64,000 nucleotides of DNA from Mobula hypostoma (lineage: Eukaryota). The notes beneath the pieces were generated by a model. It saw nothing but the letters and a program-made list of their open reading frames with translations, did not search any database and was not told the DNA's origin. Below are positions 13,560 through 26,528 of the stretch, one piece after another (positions within the stretch are counted from its first letter, which is position 1; every line of letters starts with the position of its first letter). The translations under genes were made by a program, and so were the position numbers. The stretch spans positions 29,266,001 through 29,330,000 of the forward strand of contig NC_086097.1 in NCBI RefSeq assembly GCF_963921235.1. Reading direction: 5' to 3'.

Positions 13560-14098
13560 GTGTTCGTCCATCGTCAACGTCGATGAGCACCTCGACACCA
13601 TAATGATGGTGTCGAGACTAGCACGTGATTTGGATTTAAGTGAGGGAGAGTTGTGCAGCGTCAGCCTCACTCTCTCTTCCCAATTCCCATCTGGATCCAG
13701 TGGCAAGACAGAGTCTAGATGGCTGGAGTGGATGACCAGGACATCTTCTGTGTCTTGTCCTGCTCTACACGTCCCACGACGCTTGCAGAGACCGTCTTCT
13801 TGACCATTGGACCTTCCATTGGTCTCGTCCGCTCAATCCGCCGGAGTCTGTCTTCACATGCTGGGATAGACAACTCCCTATCTCACTGAGGGTTTGAGAC
13901 CCGTCGGTTACCCTCACCTGGTTTAGCCGGCTTGTCGAAGCCATTGCCCGGGGTGTGGCCACTGTCACATGCTACGGGGAGCCACAGGTGAGTGCTGAGT
14001 GCCAGGTGGGGACCAAAAGTGGACTAATTGCCTTGAAAAGGACGCGACATGTTCCCCCACCAGAGGTGCTACCCCTCCCTGACACCCCATACACCCCA
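13560..14098 (-). mobile_element. 539-bp non-autonomous retroelement (RTE-like 5' UTR plus structured 3' end)
   Basis: Perfect 13-bp TSD ACTGTGATGGAAT at 13547-13559 and 14099-14111; GC-rich and non-coding; perfect 11-bp hairpin at 13591-13616; RTE affiliation is inference. Confidence 0.8.
13913..14097 (-). ncRNA. Candidate HDV-like self-cleaving ribozyme with expanded L3
   Basis: Minus strand: P1 GGGGUGU/ACACCCC, P2 CUCACCUG/CAGGUGAG, P3 GGC/GCC, L3 starting UCCCCG, GGG after P1', P4 GGCUU-CGAC-AAGCC, J4/2 GGCUAAA; P1 starts 1 nt inside the TSD-defined 5' end. Confidence 0.7.
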
Positions 14099-15589
14099 AC
14101 TGTGATGGAATACTGTCACAACGACACAGAATCTCCACTGAGTGGTGGGGGGGAGTTCAGTAATCATGACCCAGAGCGTGCAAGCCAGCCAAATCCAACA
14201 GTATATTGGAATGTTATTGGAAAGGATGTTGTATACTCAGGCAATCCAAAGATAGTTTAGGTACATTACAAAATTACATTGGGAATTTTAGTATAATAGA
14301 GACTAGAGCAGGGGTTCTCAATGTTTTTTGTGCCTTGGACTAATACCATTAAACAAGGGATCTGTGGACCCCAAGACTACAACATATTGGATCTCCCACT
14401 ACAACAGTGTAACAGTGGACGATTTAGTATATTATTGTTACAGTGGGAGTTATAGTGGGTCAGGATGTTATAGTGAAGTTCTTAATATATTGAACGTTTG
14501 CAGAAGAGATTTAATATTTAGGATGTGGCGGAGAGAGATTCGGTATATTAGAATTTCACAGTGATGGATTCAGTGTACTAGAATGTGAGGAGAGATTTAG
14601 TATGTCTGTATGTCACAGTGAGAGATTTAGTACATTGGCACCTACCATGCTCTGTGTAAAAAACCAACCTCTGACATTCCTCCTATACTTGCTTCCAATC
14701 ACCTTAAAATTACACTCCCTTGTATTAGCCATTTCCGCCCTGCGAAATAGTCATCTGTCCTCTCTATCTGTGCTTGTTATTATTTTATACACCTCTATCA
14801 AGTTGCCTCTCAGCCGCCTTAACTTCCGAACGGAAAAGTCCTAGGCTCAATCTATCCTCGTAAGATATGCTCTGATCCTGAAACCATCCTAGTAAATCTC
14901 CTCTGCACTCTCTCAAAAGCATTCACTTCCTTCCTAGAATGAGGCGACCAGGACCGAACACAATATTCCCAAGTATTGGAGAATGCTGTGCTATTGTTCC
15001 CAATAAGATCTCTGATCAAAGACAGTAGCCATAGAAACAGGCTCATTGCCCCATCTAATCTGTGCAAAACTCTTATACTGTCCAGTGATGGTGTTGCAAT
15101 TGTTACATTGAATTGCAACAGTGACCCCAACAGACCTTCAGAATATGGGAAGGGGATTTCATCCACTTTACCAGCAGATTTTCTCTCACTCTGAGTACCT
15201 GTTTCATGTCAAATTGGATATTGTAACCTTAATAACCTGGGGCTGAAAAATTGGGCAGGCTTCACAAGGAAAGACGAGGTGTTACTCCCCACTACGTCAC
15301 TAAAAATCTCACGGTTTTGAGAATTAGGCCATTCAGCCCATCGAGTCTGCTCTACCATTCCATCGTACCTGATTTATTATCTCTCTCAGCTCCATTCTCC
15401 CCGTAACCTTTGACCTCCTTACCCATCAGGAATCAAGAACCTCATCCGGACCCGTTGAAGGGTCTCTGCCAAAACGTTCACTGCTCCATAGGTGTTTACC
15501 TCAGTTTATTCAGTAGTTTGTGTGTGTGTTACTCTGGATTTCTAGCGTCTGCAGAATCTCTTGTGTTTATGGGAGTTTCGTTTTGAGAC

Positions 15590-16410
15590 CATAAACGCAA
15601 TTGTGACTAATCCCAGCCCCTATTAATTGTCTGGGTTAGCTTCACTTGGAATGCAGACTAAGTTCAGATCCTGTTTTTTCTCTTTCTCTCTCTCTGTTTA
15701 AAGTCTGTGGCAGCTGCAAAGACCCACACGCAGCTCGCGTTTATATGTGTTTTGGATTGCAAAATAGGATTATTGCGCTAAAGTGTGATTAGGATGGTTA
15801 AACACAATTAATTGGAACCGACCTGAGCCGCAAGGGACCGCGACCGCCGCTGGCTGTCGTCCAATTTGTGAAATGGAGCGGAGGGCTAACAATCCGAGAA
15901 CTTTCCACATCTCGCTATTGCTCCGAGAACTTTTTTTTTTCTGGTGTGTGTGCTTTGCAGCTTCTCATAGCCAGATCGTCTCAGAGCAGATTAAATACAG
16001 CTGAGAACGTTGGTCCAGGCTTGCTGTGTGCTGTCCCGGGGGGAAAGGCAGGAACCGTGAGCCGAGACTTAGTTGATGTAAGTGCTGGGTGAAACCTGCC
16101 ATATACCCAGGGCACGAGTCCAGGTGCGGCAGCAAGGGGGATAAAAAAAAACCCTATTAAACTCCTGAACTTTAATCAGGACAGCTACCAGGCTGCCAAC
16201 TGTGATTTACTTGTGTGTATCGGTAGGTGGGGAGAGAGTACTTTGAGGGGGGCGGGATTGTGTTATTGCCACATTCTCTTTTTCCCTCTGCCTTGTTACT
16301 TTATCACAGCAAACGGTTTAAGATTTAACACTTCTGATTAAGCTGTGAAAAGACACATACCAGAGAGTGTGCGTAGACAGCAGTAACTGTGGCAGCTTCA
16401 CTGTTTGCTG
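15590..16410. promoter_or_regulatory. Repeat-free island, putative conserved non-coding/regulatory DNA
   Basis: No TE similarity seen; CpG-retaining; homeodomain-type sites (TAATTG, TGATTTAC near 16203). Confidence 0.4.
15961..16077 (+). other. Candidate 117-nt internal exon (gene unknown)
   Basis: T10-CTGGTGTGTGTGCTTTGCAG acceptor ending 15960; GAT|GTAAGT donor at 16078; single open frame, phase 0-0 (LLIARSSQSRLNTAENVGPGLLCAVPGGKAGTVSRDLVD). Confidence 0.35.
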
Positions 16411-17379
16411 GGCCCACAGTATTAGTTTCAGATTCATTTATTCATCACAAGTACATCAAAACAATCAGTGAAATGCATAGTTTGCATTAACAGCCAACAT
16501 AACCCAAGGATTCGCTGGGGACGGCCTGCAAACGTCGCCACGCATTCTGGTGCCAACATTGTATGCCCACAATGTCCAGCAGAACAACACAACACAACAC
16601 AGTAACAACAGAGGCATTGATCGTGTGGATAGTCAGAGGTTTATTCCCAGGGCAGAAGAGGGCACAGTTTTAAGGTGCTCAGAAGTAGGTACAGGGGAGA
16701 TGTCAGGGGTAAGTTTTTTTACACAGAGAGTGGTGAGTGTGTGGAATGGGCTGCCGGCGATGGTGGTGGAGGCGGATACGATAGGGTCTTTTAAGGGACT
16801 CCTGGACAGGTATAGGATAGGAGTTCAGAAAAATAGGGGGCTATGGGTAACCCTAGGTAATTTCTAAGGTAGGGACATGTTCGGCACAGCTTTGCGGCTG
16901 AAGGGCCTGTATTGTGCTGTAGGTTTTCCATGTTTCTAACAACAGCACAACCAAGCCCCTATCCTCTCTCCCACCCACACAGATAGGCCTCCAACCCCAG
17001 GTTAGGCCGCTTCTAGGCCTCAGGCCTCCATCGGACTTGCAGACATTGGGCTTCTGGCTTCCCTAGTGGACTCACAGTCTCGCAGACCGGGGCTTTGGCC
17101 GTGCAGTCTCAACTGCTGGACTCAGCAACTTCGACCTTCGAACTATGATCGGTTTGCCAGGCTTATTAATATAAACTTTATTGCTTAGAGTTTATTCGTT
17201 TCAGTCCCATACCATTTACCACTTCGCACAATTTGCAGGAGCAGAGAGGTGCTGTGGGAGCGTCACATTGTTATGGGAGCTTCGGAGGGTATGTTGTCTT
17301 GTGGGAGGGTCACACTGTGGGAAGGGAGGTACTGAGGGAGTGACACACTGTTGGAAGGGTGGTACTGAGGGACTTTTCA

Positions 17380-18256
17380 CTGTTGGCACATCTCAAGGCT
17401 GTGTGCTTAGCCCACAGCTCTACTGTATCTACGCCCGTGACTGTGCCAGTTCAAATGCCATCTATAAATTTGCTGATGAGAGAGTGTACAGGAGTGAGAT
17501 ATATCAGCTAGTTGAATGATGTCATAGCAACAACTTTGCACTCAACGTCAGTAAGGCTTCAGAAAGGCAAGATGAGGGAACACAATCCAGTCCTCATAGC
17601 GGGATCAGAAGTGGAAAAAGTGAGCAATTTCATGTTCCTTGGTGTCAAGATCTCTAGGCATCTGGACCCAACTTATCGATGCAGCTATAAAGAAGACATG
17701 ACAGTGGTCATATTTCATTTGGAGTTTGAAGAGATTTGGTATTTCACCAAAAACACTCACAAATTTCTGCAGATGTACCGTGGAGAGCATCCTGCTTGGC
17801 TGCATCACTGTTTGGTGTGGTGTGGGGTGGGGGCTTCTGCACAGGATCAAAGTAAGCTGCAGAGAGTTGTAAACTTAGTCAGCTCCATCATGGTTACCAG
17901 CCTCCATTGTATCCAGGACACCTTCAAGGAAAGATGCCTCGAGAGGGCAGCATCCATCATTAAGGAATCCCATCACCCAGGGCATGCCCTTTTCTCACTG
18001 TTACCATCAGGTAGGAGATACAGAAGCCTGAAGGCACACACTCAGCGATTCAGGAACAGCTTCTTCTCCTCTGCCATCGGATTCCTAAATGGACATTGAA
18101 CCCATGAACATTACCTCACTACTTTTTAATTTCTATTTTTGGACTACTTATTTAATTTAACTTACTGTAATTCAGTTTTTTTTCTATTATTATGTACTGC
18201 TGCTGCAAAGGCAATAAATTTCACAACAGATGCTGATGATATTAAACCTGATTCTG
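17380..18256 (+). mobile_element. Rex1/Babar LINE fragment
   Basis: QGCVLSPQLY, YKFADE, HPGHALFSLLPSGRRYRSL; tail AAACCTGATTCTG. Confidence 0.85.
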
Positions 18257-19789
18257 GAGATGAATACTGAAGAAATGTTCTCACCTGAGGGGTTTTGAAC
18301 CAAGGGGGTATGGAGAGTGCAGGAAAGAATAGCGTGACCCATGCAGGGATGGGCTTCCTGGGTTACATATGGTTGATGAGATCTGGTTAATGAATTGACT
18401 GGTTTAAACATGGTTCTTGGTTTAGTTACCCATCTTTGTTCATGACTTCTGCAGACCTGATAGAAGTTTGCAAGATTATGAGAGGCACAGATAGAGTCGT
18501 CAGCTGGTATCTTTGTCCCGGGCTTGAAATATTTAGTACTAGAGAGCATACATTTAATGTGAGAGGAGCCAAGTTCAAAGGATATGTGCAGGGTAAGTTT
18601 TTTTTACAGAGAGTGGAGCGCACTGCCAAGGGTGGTGTTAGAGATGGATACATTAGGACACGTAAGAGACTCTTAAATAGGCACATGGGTGGATTAGATT
18701 GATTTTAGAGTAGGTATAAGGACAGCACAGCATCGTGGGCCAAAGGGCCTGTACTGTGCTGTGCTGTAGTGGTCTATGTTCTAGAAGGGAGGGAGTTTAG
18801 CTTAATGGGTCTAGCACAGACACGGTGGGCCGAAGGGCCTCTTTCTGTGCTGTAATGTTGTGTATTCAATGATCTGTTAATCATCGAGTCTCTGCGTGTG
18901 TGCGTGCAAAATGCTTCTGGTTAAAGTCAACGTCAAAGTAAATTTATTATCAAACTTCGCATGTGGCACTTTATACAACACTGAGATTCATTTTCTTACA
19001 GGCATTACGGGAAAATAAAGAAATACAATAGAATTTTTGAAAATCTACATAAACAAAGACTGACAAACAACCAATGCGACAAAGAAGACAAACTGTGTAA
19101 ATAAAAATGAATGGACGAATGAATGAATAAATAACAAGTCTCTCACTTAATGATGTCCAGTTGCCTGGTGAGAAGAGAGTTATTGACTACAGATTTGACG
19201 TGACGGACCAGCCTGTAACAACAAAGAGAACTCTCATCACTGGGGCCAACATCCCTCTCTCATACTCACTGCCCCCTCTGCATGTTCCTTGAGAGTTATA
19301 CAACTTCTGTCACTACCATACACTTTCCTCCAAGGCCGGTGGTTTTAACCATTTCAGTACTTTTTAAATTCCCTTCGAGTCCACCTCACTTCCTTTTGGG
19401 GACAGTGCACACCACCAAGTCACAGAGTAGTACAAAATAACCACAACGGCTCTTTGGATAGAAGCCATCTAAAGCCAAACCACCCAACTGAAATCTCAGA
19501 GCAAATTGCTCTGTTCCATAACAGCCTGGTAAGGAGGCTCCAATGCATGGTATCACATGAGGATGTAGAGGGCTGTAGGCTCAGCCAGATCCATCACGGT
19601 CACAACCCTCCCCACCATCGAGGACGTCTTCGCGAGGTGGTTCCTCAAGATGGTGGCCTCCATCACTAAGGACTGATTTCAGTCTCTCAGACTGATGTGA
19701 ATGGTGAATCCACAGAAAGCACCTGGTCCAGACAGTGTTCCTGGAGGAGTAGTAAAGACTTGTGTTAGTCAACTGGCCAAGTGTTTACA

Positions 19790-20665
19790 GACATCTCGTT
19801 ATGGGATTGGAGATGGAGATGGTCAGTAGCTTTAAAATCCTTGGCATTATCATTTCAGAGGACCAGCACGTCAATGCCATCACAAAGCAGAGAGCAGTGC
19901 CTCTACTTTCTCAGAAGTTTGCACAGATTCAACACATCATTGAAAACCTGAACAAACTTCTATAGATGCACAGTGGAGAGTATCCAACTGGGTCTCAGTC
20001 AAAAATGTTGACTATTCATTCATTTCCAAAGATATTGCCTGACTTGCTATGTTCCTCCAGCGTTTTGTGCGTATTGCTTTGGATTTCTAGCATCTGTAGA
20101 ATCTCTTGTGCTTCTTGGTTGCACCATGGTTTGGTTTGGAAACACCAATACCCAGGAACGGAAAAGTCTACAGAAAGTGGTGGACACAGCTCAGTCTCTC
20201 ACAGGCAAAGCCTTCCCCACCACTCAGCACATCTACATGGAGTTGCTGCCACCGGTCAGCTGCATCCGTCATCAAAGACCCCCACCATCCAGGCCATGTC
20301 CTCCTCTCTCTACTACCAATGGGCAGGAGGTACAGGAGCCTTGGGTCTCACACTACCAGCTTCAAGAACAGTTTCTGTATTACCCTTCAACCATCAGGCT
20401 CCTGAACCAGCATGGACAACTTCACTCAACTCAAAACTGAACTGATTCCACAACAATGGGCTCACTTTCAAGGACTCTACAACTCATGTTCTCAGTATTA
20501 TTTATTTTGCACTATTTGTCTTCTTTTGGACATTGGTTCTATATCAGTTTTTGTTTCTGTATAGTTTTTCATATATTCTATTGTACTTCTTTATTTCCCT
20601 GCAAGAAAATAAACCCTAAGGTCGATATGGTAATATATACATACTTCGATAATAATTTACTTTGA
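19790..20665 (+). mobile_element. Rex1/Babar LINE fragment with a nested Penelope-type short repeat (~19990-20110)
   Basis: IKDPHHPGHVLLSLLPMGRRYRSL; family tail. Confidence 0.75.
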
Positions 20666-21045
20666 CATTGATTCAGGACCTGCCCTTTTCTCATTACTAC
20701 TGTCGGGGAGGAGGTACAAGAAACTGAAAGTATGTCCCCAGTGATTCAGAAACAGCTTCTTCTCTCAGAAATTGCCTGCTGCAGATGCTGGAAATCCAAG
20801 GTAACACACACAAAATGCTGGAGGAACTCAGCATCTATGGAAATGAATAGACAGTCGACATTTTGGGCTGAGACCCCTCATCAGGACTGAGAAGAAAGGG
20901 GAAAGACGTCAGAATAAAAAGGTGAGGGGGAGGAGAAGAAGGCTAGCTGAAGGTGATAGGTGAAGTGGGAAAGGTCAAGGGATGGAGCATCAGATTTCTG
21001 AGTAGTCCATGAATCTATGAAAACTACCTTGTAATTAGCCTTTTA

Positions 21046-23005
21046 AGACCATAAGATATGGGAGCAGAATTAGGCCATTTGCCCATCATCTGCTCCACCA
21101 TTTCATCATGGCTGATCCATTTTTCCTCTCAGACCCAGTGTCCTGTCTTCCACCCATATCCCTTCATGCCCTGAACAATCAATAATCCATCAACCTCTGC
21201 CTTCAGTATACATAAATACTTGGCCACCACAGCTGCCTGTGGCAACGAATTCCACAGATTCACCACCATCTGGCAAAAAAATTCCTCTTCATCTCCGTTA
21301 CAAAAGGATGCCCCTCTATTCTGAGGTTGTGTCCTCTAGTCTTAAGACTCTCCCATCATTGAAAATATCCTCTCCACATCCCCAATCAAGGCCTTTCACC
21401 AATCGATAGGTTTCAATGAGGTCACCCCTCATTCTTCTGAATTCCATTTAGAAAATAGTCACCCCTTTCATTTCTTCTACTAAAGTGCATGACCATACAC
21501 TTCCTGGTACTGTATTCCATCTGCACTTCTTTACCCATTCTCCAAATCTGTCTAATCCTTCTGTACCTCTCTATTTCCTCAAAACTACCTGCTCCTCCAT
21601 CTACCTTCATATCGTCTGCAAATCTGCAACAAAGCCCTCAATTCCATCATCCAAATCATTGACATAACATAAAAAGAATCGATCCCAACACAAGACGCCC
21701 GCGGAACACCACCAGTCCCTGGCAGCCAGTCAGAAAAGGCTCTCACTATTCCTACTCTTTGCCTCCTGTAATCAGCCACTGTTTTATCCATGCTAGACTC
21801 TTTCCTGTAATACCATGGGCTCATAGCTTGTTAAGCAGCCTCATATGTGGCATCTTGTCAAAGGGCTTCTGAAAATGCAAGTGCACAACATCAGCTGATT
21901 CTCCTTTGTCTATCGTGCTTGTTATTTCTTCAAAGAATTCGAACAGATTTGTCAGGCGAGATTTTCCCTTGAGGAAACCTTGCTGACTACAGTGTATTTT
22001 ATCCTGAGCCTCCAAGTACCCCGAAACCACATCCTTAACAATTGACTCCCACATCTTCCCAAACACTGAGGTCAGACTAACTGGCCTATAATTTCCTTTC
22101 TTCTGCCTCTCTCCCTTCTTGAAGAATGGAGTTACATTTGCAATTTTTCATTTTTCTGGAACCATTCCAGAATCTAGTGATTCTTAAAAGACCATTACTA
22201 ATCCCTGATGATCTCTTCAGCCATCTCTTTCAGAACCCTGGGGTGTTCACCATCTGGTCCAGGTGATTTATCTACCTTCAAACCTTTCAGTTTTCCAAGA
22301 ACCTTCTCCATAGAAATGGTAACTTCACACACTTCTTGTCTCCTGACACCTGGAACTTCCACCATACTGCTAGTGTCTTCCATAGTGAAGAATAATCAAA
22401 ACCCTTATTCACTTCATCTGCCATTTCCTTGTCCCCCATTTCTATCATTCCAGCACAGTTCTTCAGCAGTCCAGTATCCACTCTCACCTCTTTTACACTT
22501 TATGCATCTGAAAATAACTTTTGGTAACCTCTTTAATATTATTGGCTAGCTAACTTTCATATTCCATCTTTACCTTCTTAATGACTTTTTGGTTGCCTTC
22601 TGTTGATATTTAAAAACATCTTAATCCTCTAACTTCCCACTAATTTGCTCTATTATATGCCCTCCCTTTGGCTTTTATGTTGGATTTGACTTTTCTTGTT
22701 AGCGATGATTGTGTCATTTTCCCTTTAGAATATTTCTTCCTCTTTGGGATGTATATATCCTGTGCCTACTGAACTGCTTCCAGAAATTCCAGCCATTGCT
22801 GCTCTGCCGTCATCCCTGCCAGTGTTCTTTTCCAGTCAGTTCAGGCGAACTCCTCTCTCATACTTCTGTAATTCCCTTTACTCCACTATAATACCGAAAC
22901 ATCTGACTGGCTTTTCCTTCTCAAATTTCAGGGTGAATTTGATCATATGCTCCTAGAGGCTCTCTAATCAATTCTGATTCATTGCACAATACCCAATCCA
23001 GAATT
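21046..23005 (-). mobile_element. Degraded CR1 LINE (~2 kb)
   Basis: KSPGPDGEHPRVLKE, QQGFLKGKSRLTNL, FQKPFDKMPH in broken minus frames; (TCTTATGG)-type tail near 21046-21060. Confidence 0.85.
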
Positions 23006-23849
23006 TTGCACTATTTATTTAAGTAACATAGTAATTTATGCTGATGCAAAACAACTCATTTCACAACACTTGTTTGTGATAATAACTCTGATTCTGATGG
23101 TGAATCCTCTGAACCCCCTCCCAATCTGCTCTGACCTCTGTCTGAATGAGGTAATGCATTTTAAAGGCAAAGTTTATTGATTGGGACAGTTTGATCACAT
23201 ATCTTTCTCTCATAACGGTGCACGTTCCTAAGAACGTCTACTGTGAGTTAAGTGGTAGCAAGCATTGGAATTGGTTTATGATTGTCACTTGTACTGAGGT
23301 GCAGTGTAAAGATTGTCTTGCATACAGTTCATACAGATCAGATCATTATACCGTGCACTGAAGTAAAACAATAACAGAAAAAGTTCAAAGTAAATTTATT
23401 ATTATCAAAGTGCATATATATCACCATATCCTATTCTGAGGTTCATTTTCTTGCAAACATTCACAGTAGAACAAAGAAATACAAAAAAATCAACGAAAAA
23501 CTACACAGCAAGACTGACAACCAATGTGCAAAAGAAAACAAACCGCACAAATACAAAAAAGAAACAGTAATAATAATAATTGATAAGTAAATAAATAATA
23601 CTGAGAACATAAGTTGTAGGGTCCTAAAAGTAAGCCCATAGAATGCAGAATAAAGTGTAACAGCTTCAGAGAAGGTGCAGTGCAGGTAAACAATAAGGTG
23701 CAATATCATAATGAGGTAGATTATGAGGTCAAGCGTTCAGTTTATTGGCTACCTGTACATGGGTGTGTGTGCAGGTTTGACTGGCCCAAGTCTCACCTGG
23801 TTAGTTAACTGACAAACAGAATGCCACAATGGTCTTTTCTCAGATGTGT

Positions 23850-24065
23850 TGTGGGGCATAGCAGTTAGACCCACTGCCTCAAAGCTACAGAGACCTGGCT
23901 TCAATCCTGACCTCGGGTCCTGACTGTAAGGAGTCTACACATTCTCCCTGTGACCTTCTGTGTTTTCCTCGCATGCTTTGTCTTATTCCCACATTCCTAA
24001 GGTGTACAGATCAGTGGGCTGATTGGCAGCTGTAAATTGCCCCTACTGTGTAAGTGAGGAGTGCA
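23850..24065 (+). mobile_element. V-SINE-like tRNA-derived SINE
   Basis: A/B-box-like head followed by GGAGTCTACACATTCTCCCTGTGACC...CCCACA...TGTAAATTGCCC. Confidence 0.7.
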
Positions 24066-25054
24066 ATCAGAAGATATAGGAGCAAAATTGGGCCAGTTGA
24101 GCCTAATTCACCATTCCTTTACAGCTGACTTATTATCCCTATCAACCCCATTCTCCTTCCTTCCCCTGTAACCATTAATGTCCTTACTAATCAAGACTTC
24201 GTCCCTCTTCCCTCTGAGAGAAGGCTCAGAAGCTTGAAGACTCGTACGGCCAGATGTGGGAACAGCTTTTTTCCAACTGTGATAAGACTGCTGAATGGAT
24301 CCTGACCTGGATTTAGGCCGTATCCTCCAAATATCCTGACCTGCATCTCAGTTTTTTTGCACTACCTTACTTTCCATTTTTCTATTTTCTATTTATGGTT
24401 TATAATTTAAATTTTTAATATTTACTATCGACTTGTAATCCAGGGAGTGGGAAGCGCAGAATTAAATATCGCTATGATGATCGTACGTTGTAGCATCAAT
24501 TGTTTGGCGACAATAAAGTATAACTATCAACCTCCACTTAAAATATATCCAATGATTTGGCCTCCAGGTCCGTCTGTGGTAACGAAGGCCACAGGTTCAC
24601 CACTCTCTGGCTGAAGAGATTTCTCCTCATCTTCGTTCTGAATGAACATTCTTCTATTCTGAGACTGTGCCTCTGGTCCTAGACTGCACCCACAACTGGA
24701 AACAACCTCTCCACATGCACTCGATCTAGGCCCTTCAATATTCGATAGGTTCAGTGAGATGGCCCTCATTTTCTAAGTACCAGTGAGTACAGGCCCAGAG
24801 TCATCACACACGTCTCATGTGTTAACCCTTTCATTCCCGGGATAATTCTTTTGAAGCTTCTCTGTATCCTCTGCAAAGCCAGTATATCCTTTCTTAGATA
24901 AAATCGGCTTCCATCAGCACCAGCCAGCCACTAATGATGTTAACTAGTCATGCAATAACACCCAATGGATATACGCCAGATCCCTCAGGTGGGATGGTGG
25001 GATGAAGACAATGAGGTGAGAAGATGAATTTTATATGTGACCCATATTGGGTCA

Positions 25055-25440
25055 GTAGGGTGGCGGGGTGGACAAACGTCTCTACCAAAGGAGGTGTAAG
25101 GTGCTCCTCCCCTCTGCTAGCCTGCAGGTCACCCTTGGGCAAGGTGTAGCACCCCCTAAACACCACACCCCCCACCCTGATCAGGGTCACAAAATCCATG
25201 GGACCAGGTGGTGGATGGTCGTAAGAGCAGCTGGTGCATATCACAAGTCCTGGTTATGTGACCACTGACGCCAGGCAGACAATCTCTGGAGAGTATTGAT
25301 AATGGCTGGGGACACCCATCCTGTAAAGACACTGTCCAGAGGAAGTCAATGGCAAACCAGCCCCGTAGATAAATTTGCTGGGAACAATCATGGTCAAGGC
25401 CATGCTTGCCCATGTCATATGACACGGCACATAATGATGG
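25055..25440 (+). mobile_element. 386-bp non-autonomous RTE-type SINE with a degenerate HDV-like 5' fold
   Basis: 8-bp TSD TTGGGTCA at 25047-25054 / 25441-25448; GGCAAACC...CATGGTC...GACACGGCACATAATGATG RTE-like 3' end. Confidence 0.7.
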
Positions 25441-25449
25441 TTGGGTCAA

Positions 25450-26420
25450 CGTGGTGTGGGCTAATTGCACAACCGTTCAGATGCTTCCTTTCTCAATTCC
25501 GGGCTCCGATTTCTCCCCTGGAAAGTTAACTAGTTCTCCCAGGTTCCGACCAAGCCTAAGCTGTGCTTTCCCCGTACAGCTTCACTATCAACTCAGCAGG
25601 AGGCCGCACTAGTGACAGGACAGGCGTCGAGGCCTGGATCTACCTCCAGTCACGGCTACAATGCTGCTCTTAATCCTGACCTGACTGGTCTCTGAAAGAT
25701 TTGGAGATTAGAGTGTGTCGGGGCAAGTCTGCGAACTGGGGTTAGAGTTGTCATGTAGGACACAGACACTGCCACAGCAAACAACCCCCACCAGCACCTC
25801 ACTGACCCTCCGCCTCTCTCCCACCTTCCAGCAAGTCTTCCCAAGGAAGGGGACACAAACAAGAAGGAAATTGCAAGCTTGATCCCACCTGGTGGGAGGT
25901 AAAAGACAAATATGAATAACAAATTGGTATTCTGTAGACTCGGAGAGAGAGGGAGCCATTTCTAACCAGCCTGAGGCTGGGCCAAGGCATGGGTCACTTC
26001 TCGACTTATCACACAGTATGTGCGCTTGAACCGAAGGCCTCGTCTTAATTAAAAGACTTCGATGCAAATGCAAACCACCTGTGAGTAATTAGACAATTAA
26101 AGTGCTATTGAGAACGAATCATTTCTGTGACCATTGCAATAAATCTTTCGCTGTCTGGCTTCATACTTTAACATGAACTTTTTCTTTTGGAAATGTTAAC
26201 GCAAAAGCATTATTGACTTAAAGAAACAGTATCCTTTTGTGTGGTGGTCTGAGCTCCGTTTCTAAGCAGGGAAGGGTATCTACTGAATCGCCCGTTCCAC
26301 ATACCAGTGATGGTTCACGATCTGTCAGCAGGGGGTGAGTGGCCACAGTTTAACCCTTTATACACCCCAGGTCCCCTGGTCTTGCAAACTCCCACCACCT
26401 TTGTCTTCTGTAGGGGCCAA
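25450..26420. promoter_or_regulatory. Repeat-free island, putative conserved non-coding DNA next to the CR1 3' end
   Basis: No TE similarity seen; clustered TAATTA/CAATTAA/CAATAAA homeodomain-type sites at 26045-26145. Confidence 0.35.
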
Positions 26421-26528
26421 CCTTTGTTACATAGAAACATAGAAACATAGAAAATAGGTGCAGGAGTAGGCCATTCGGCCCTTCGAGCCTGCACCGCCAT
26501 TTATTATGATCATGGCTGATCATCCAAC

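Noticed and set aside
15706..15780. CGSC-x10-CLDC peptide after a pyrimidine tract (B-box-like)
   Set aside because: Remaining zinc ligands absent, stop codon follows, no donor site; likely chance.
25938..26080. Possible exon ending in GTGAGT
   Set aside because: Weak acceptor and stops in all three frames.
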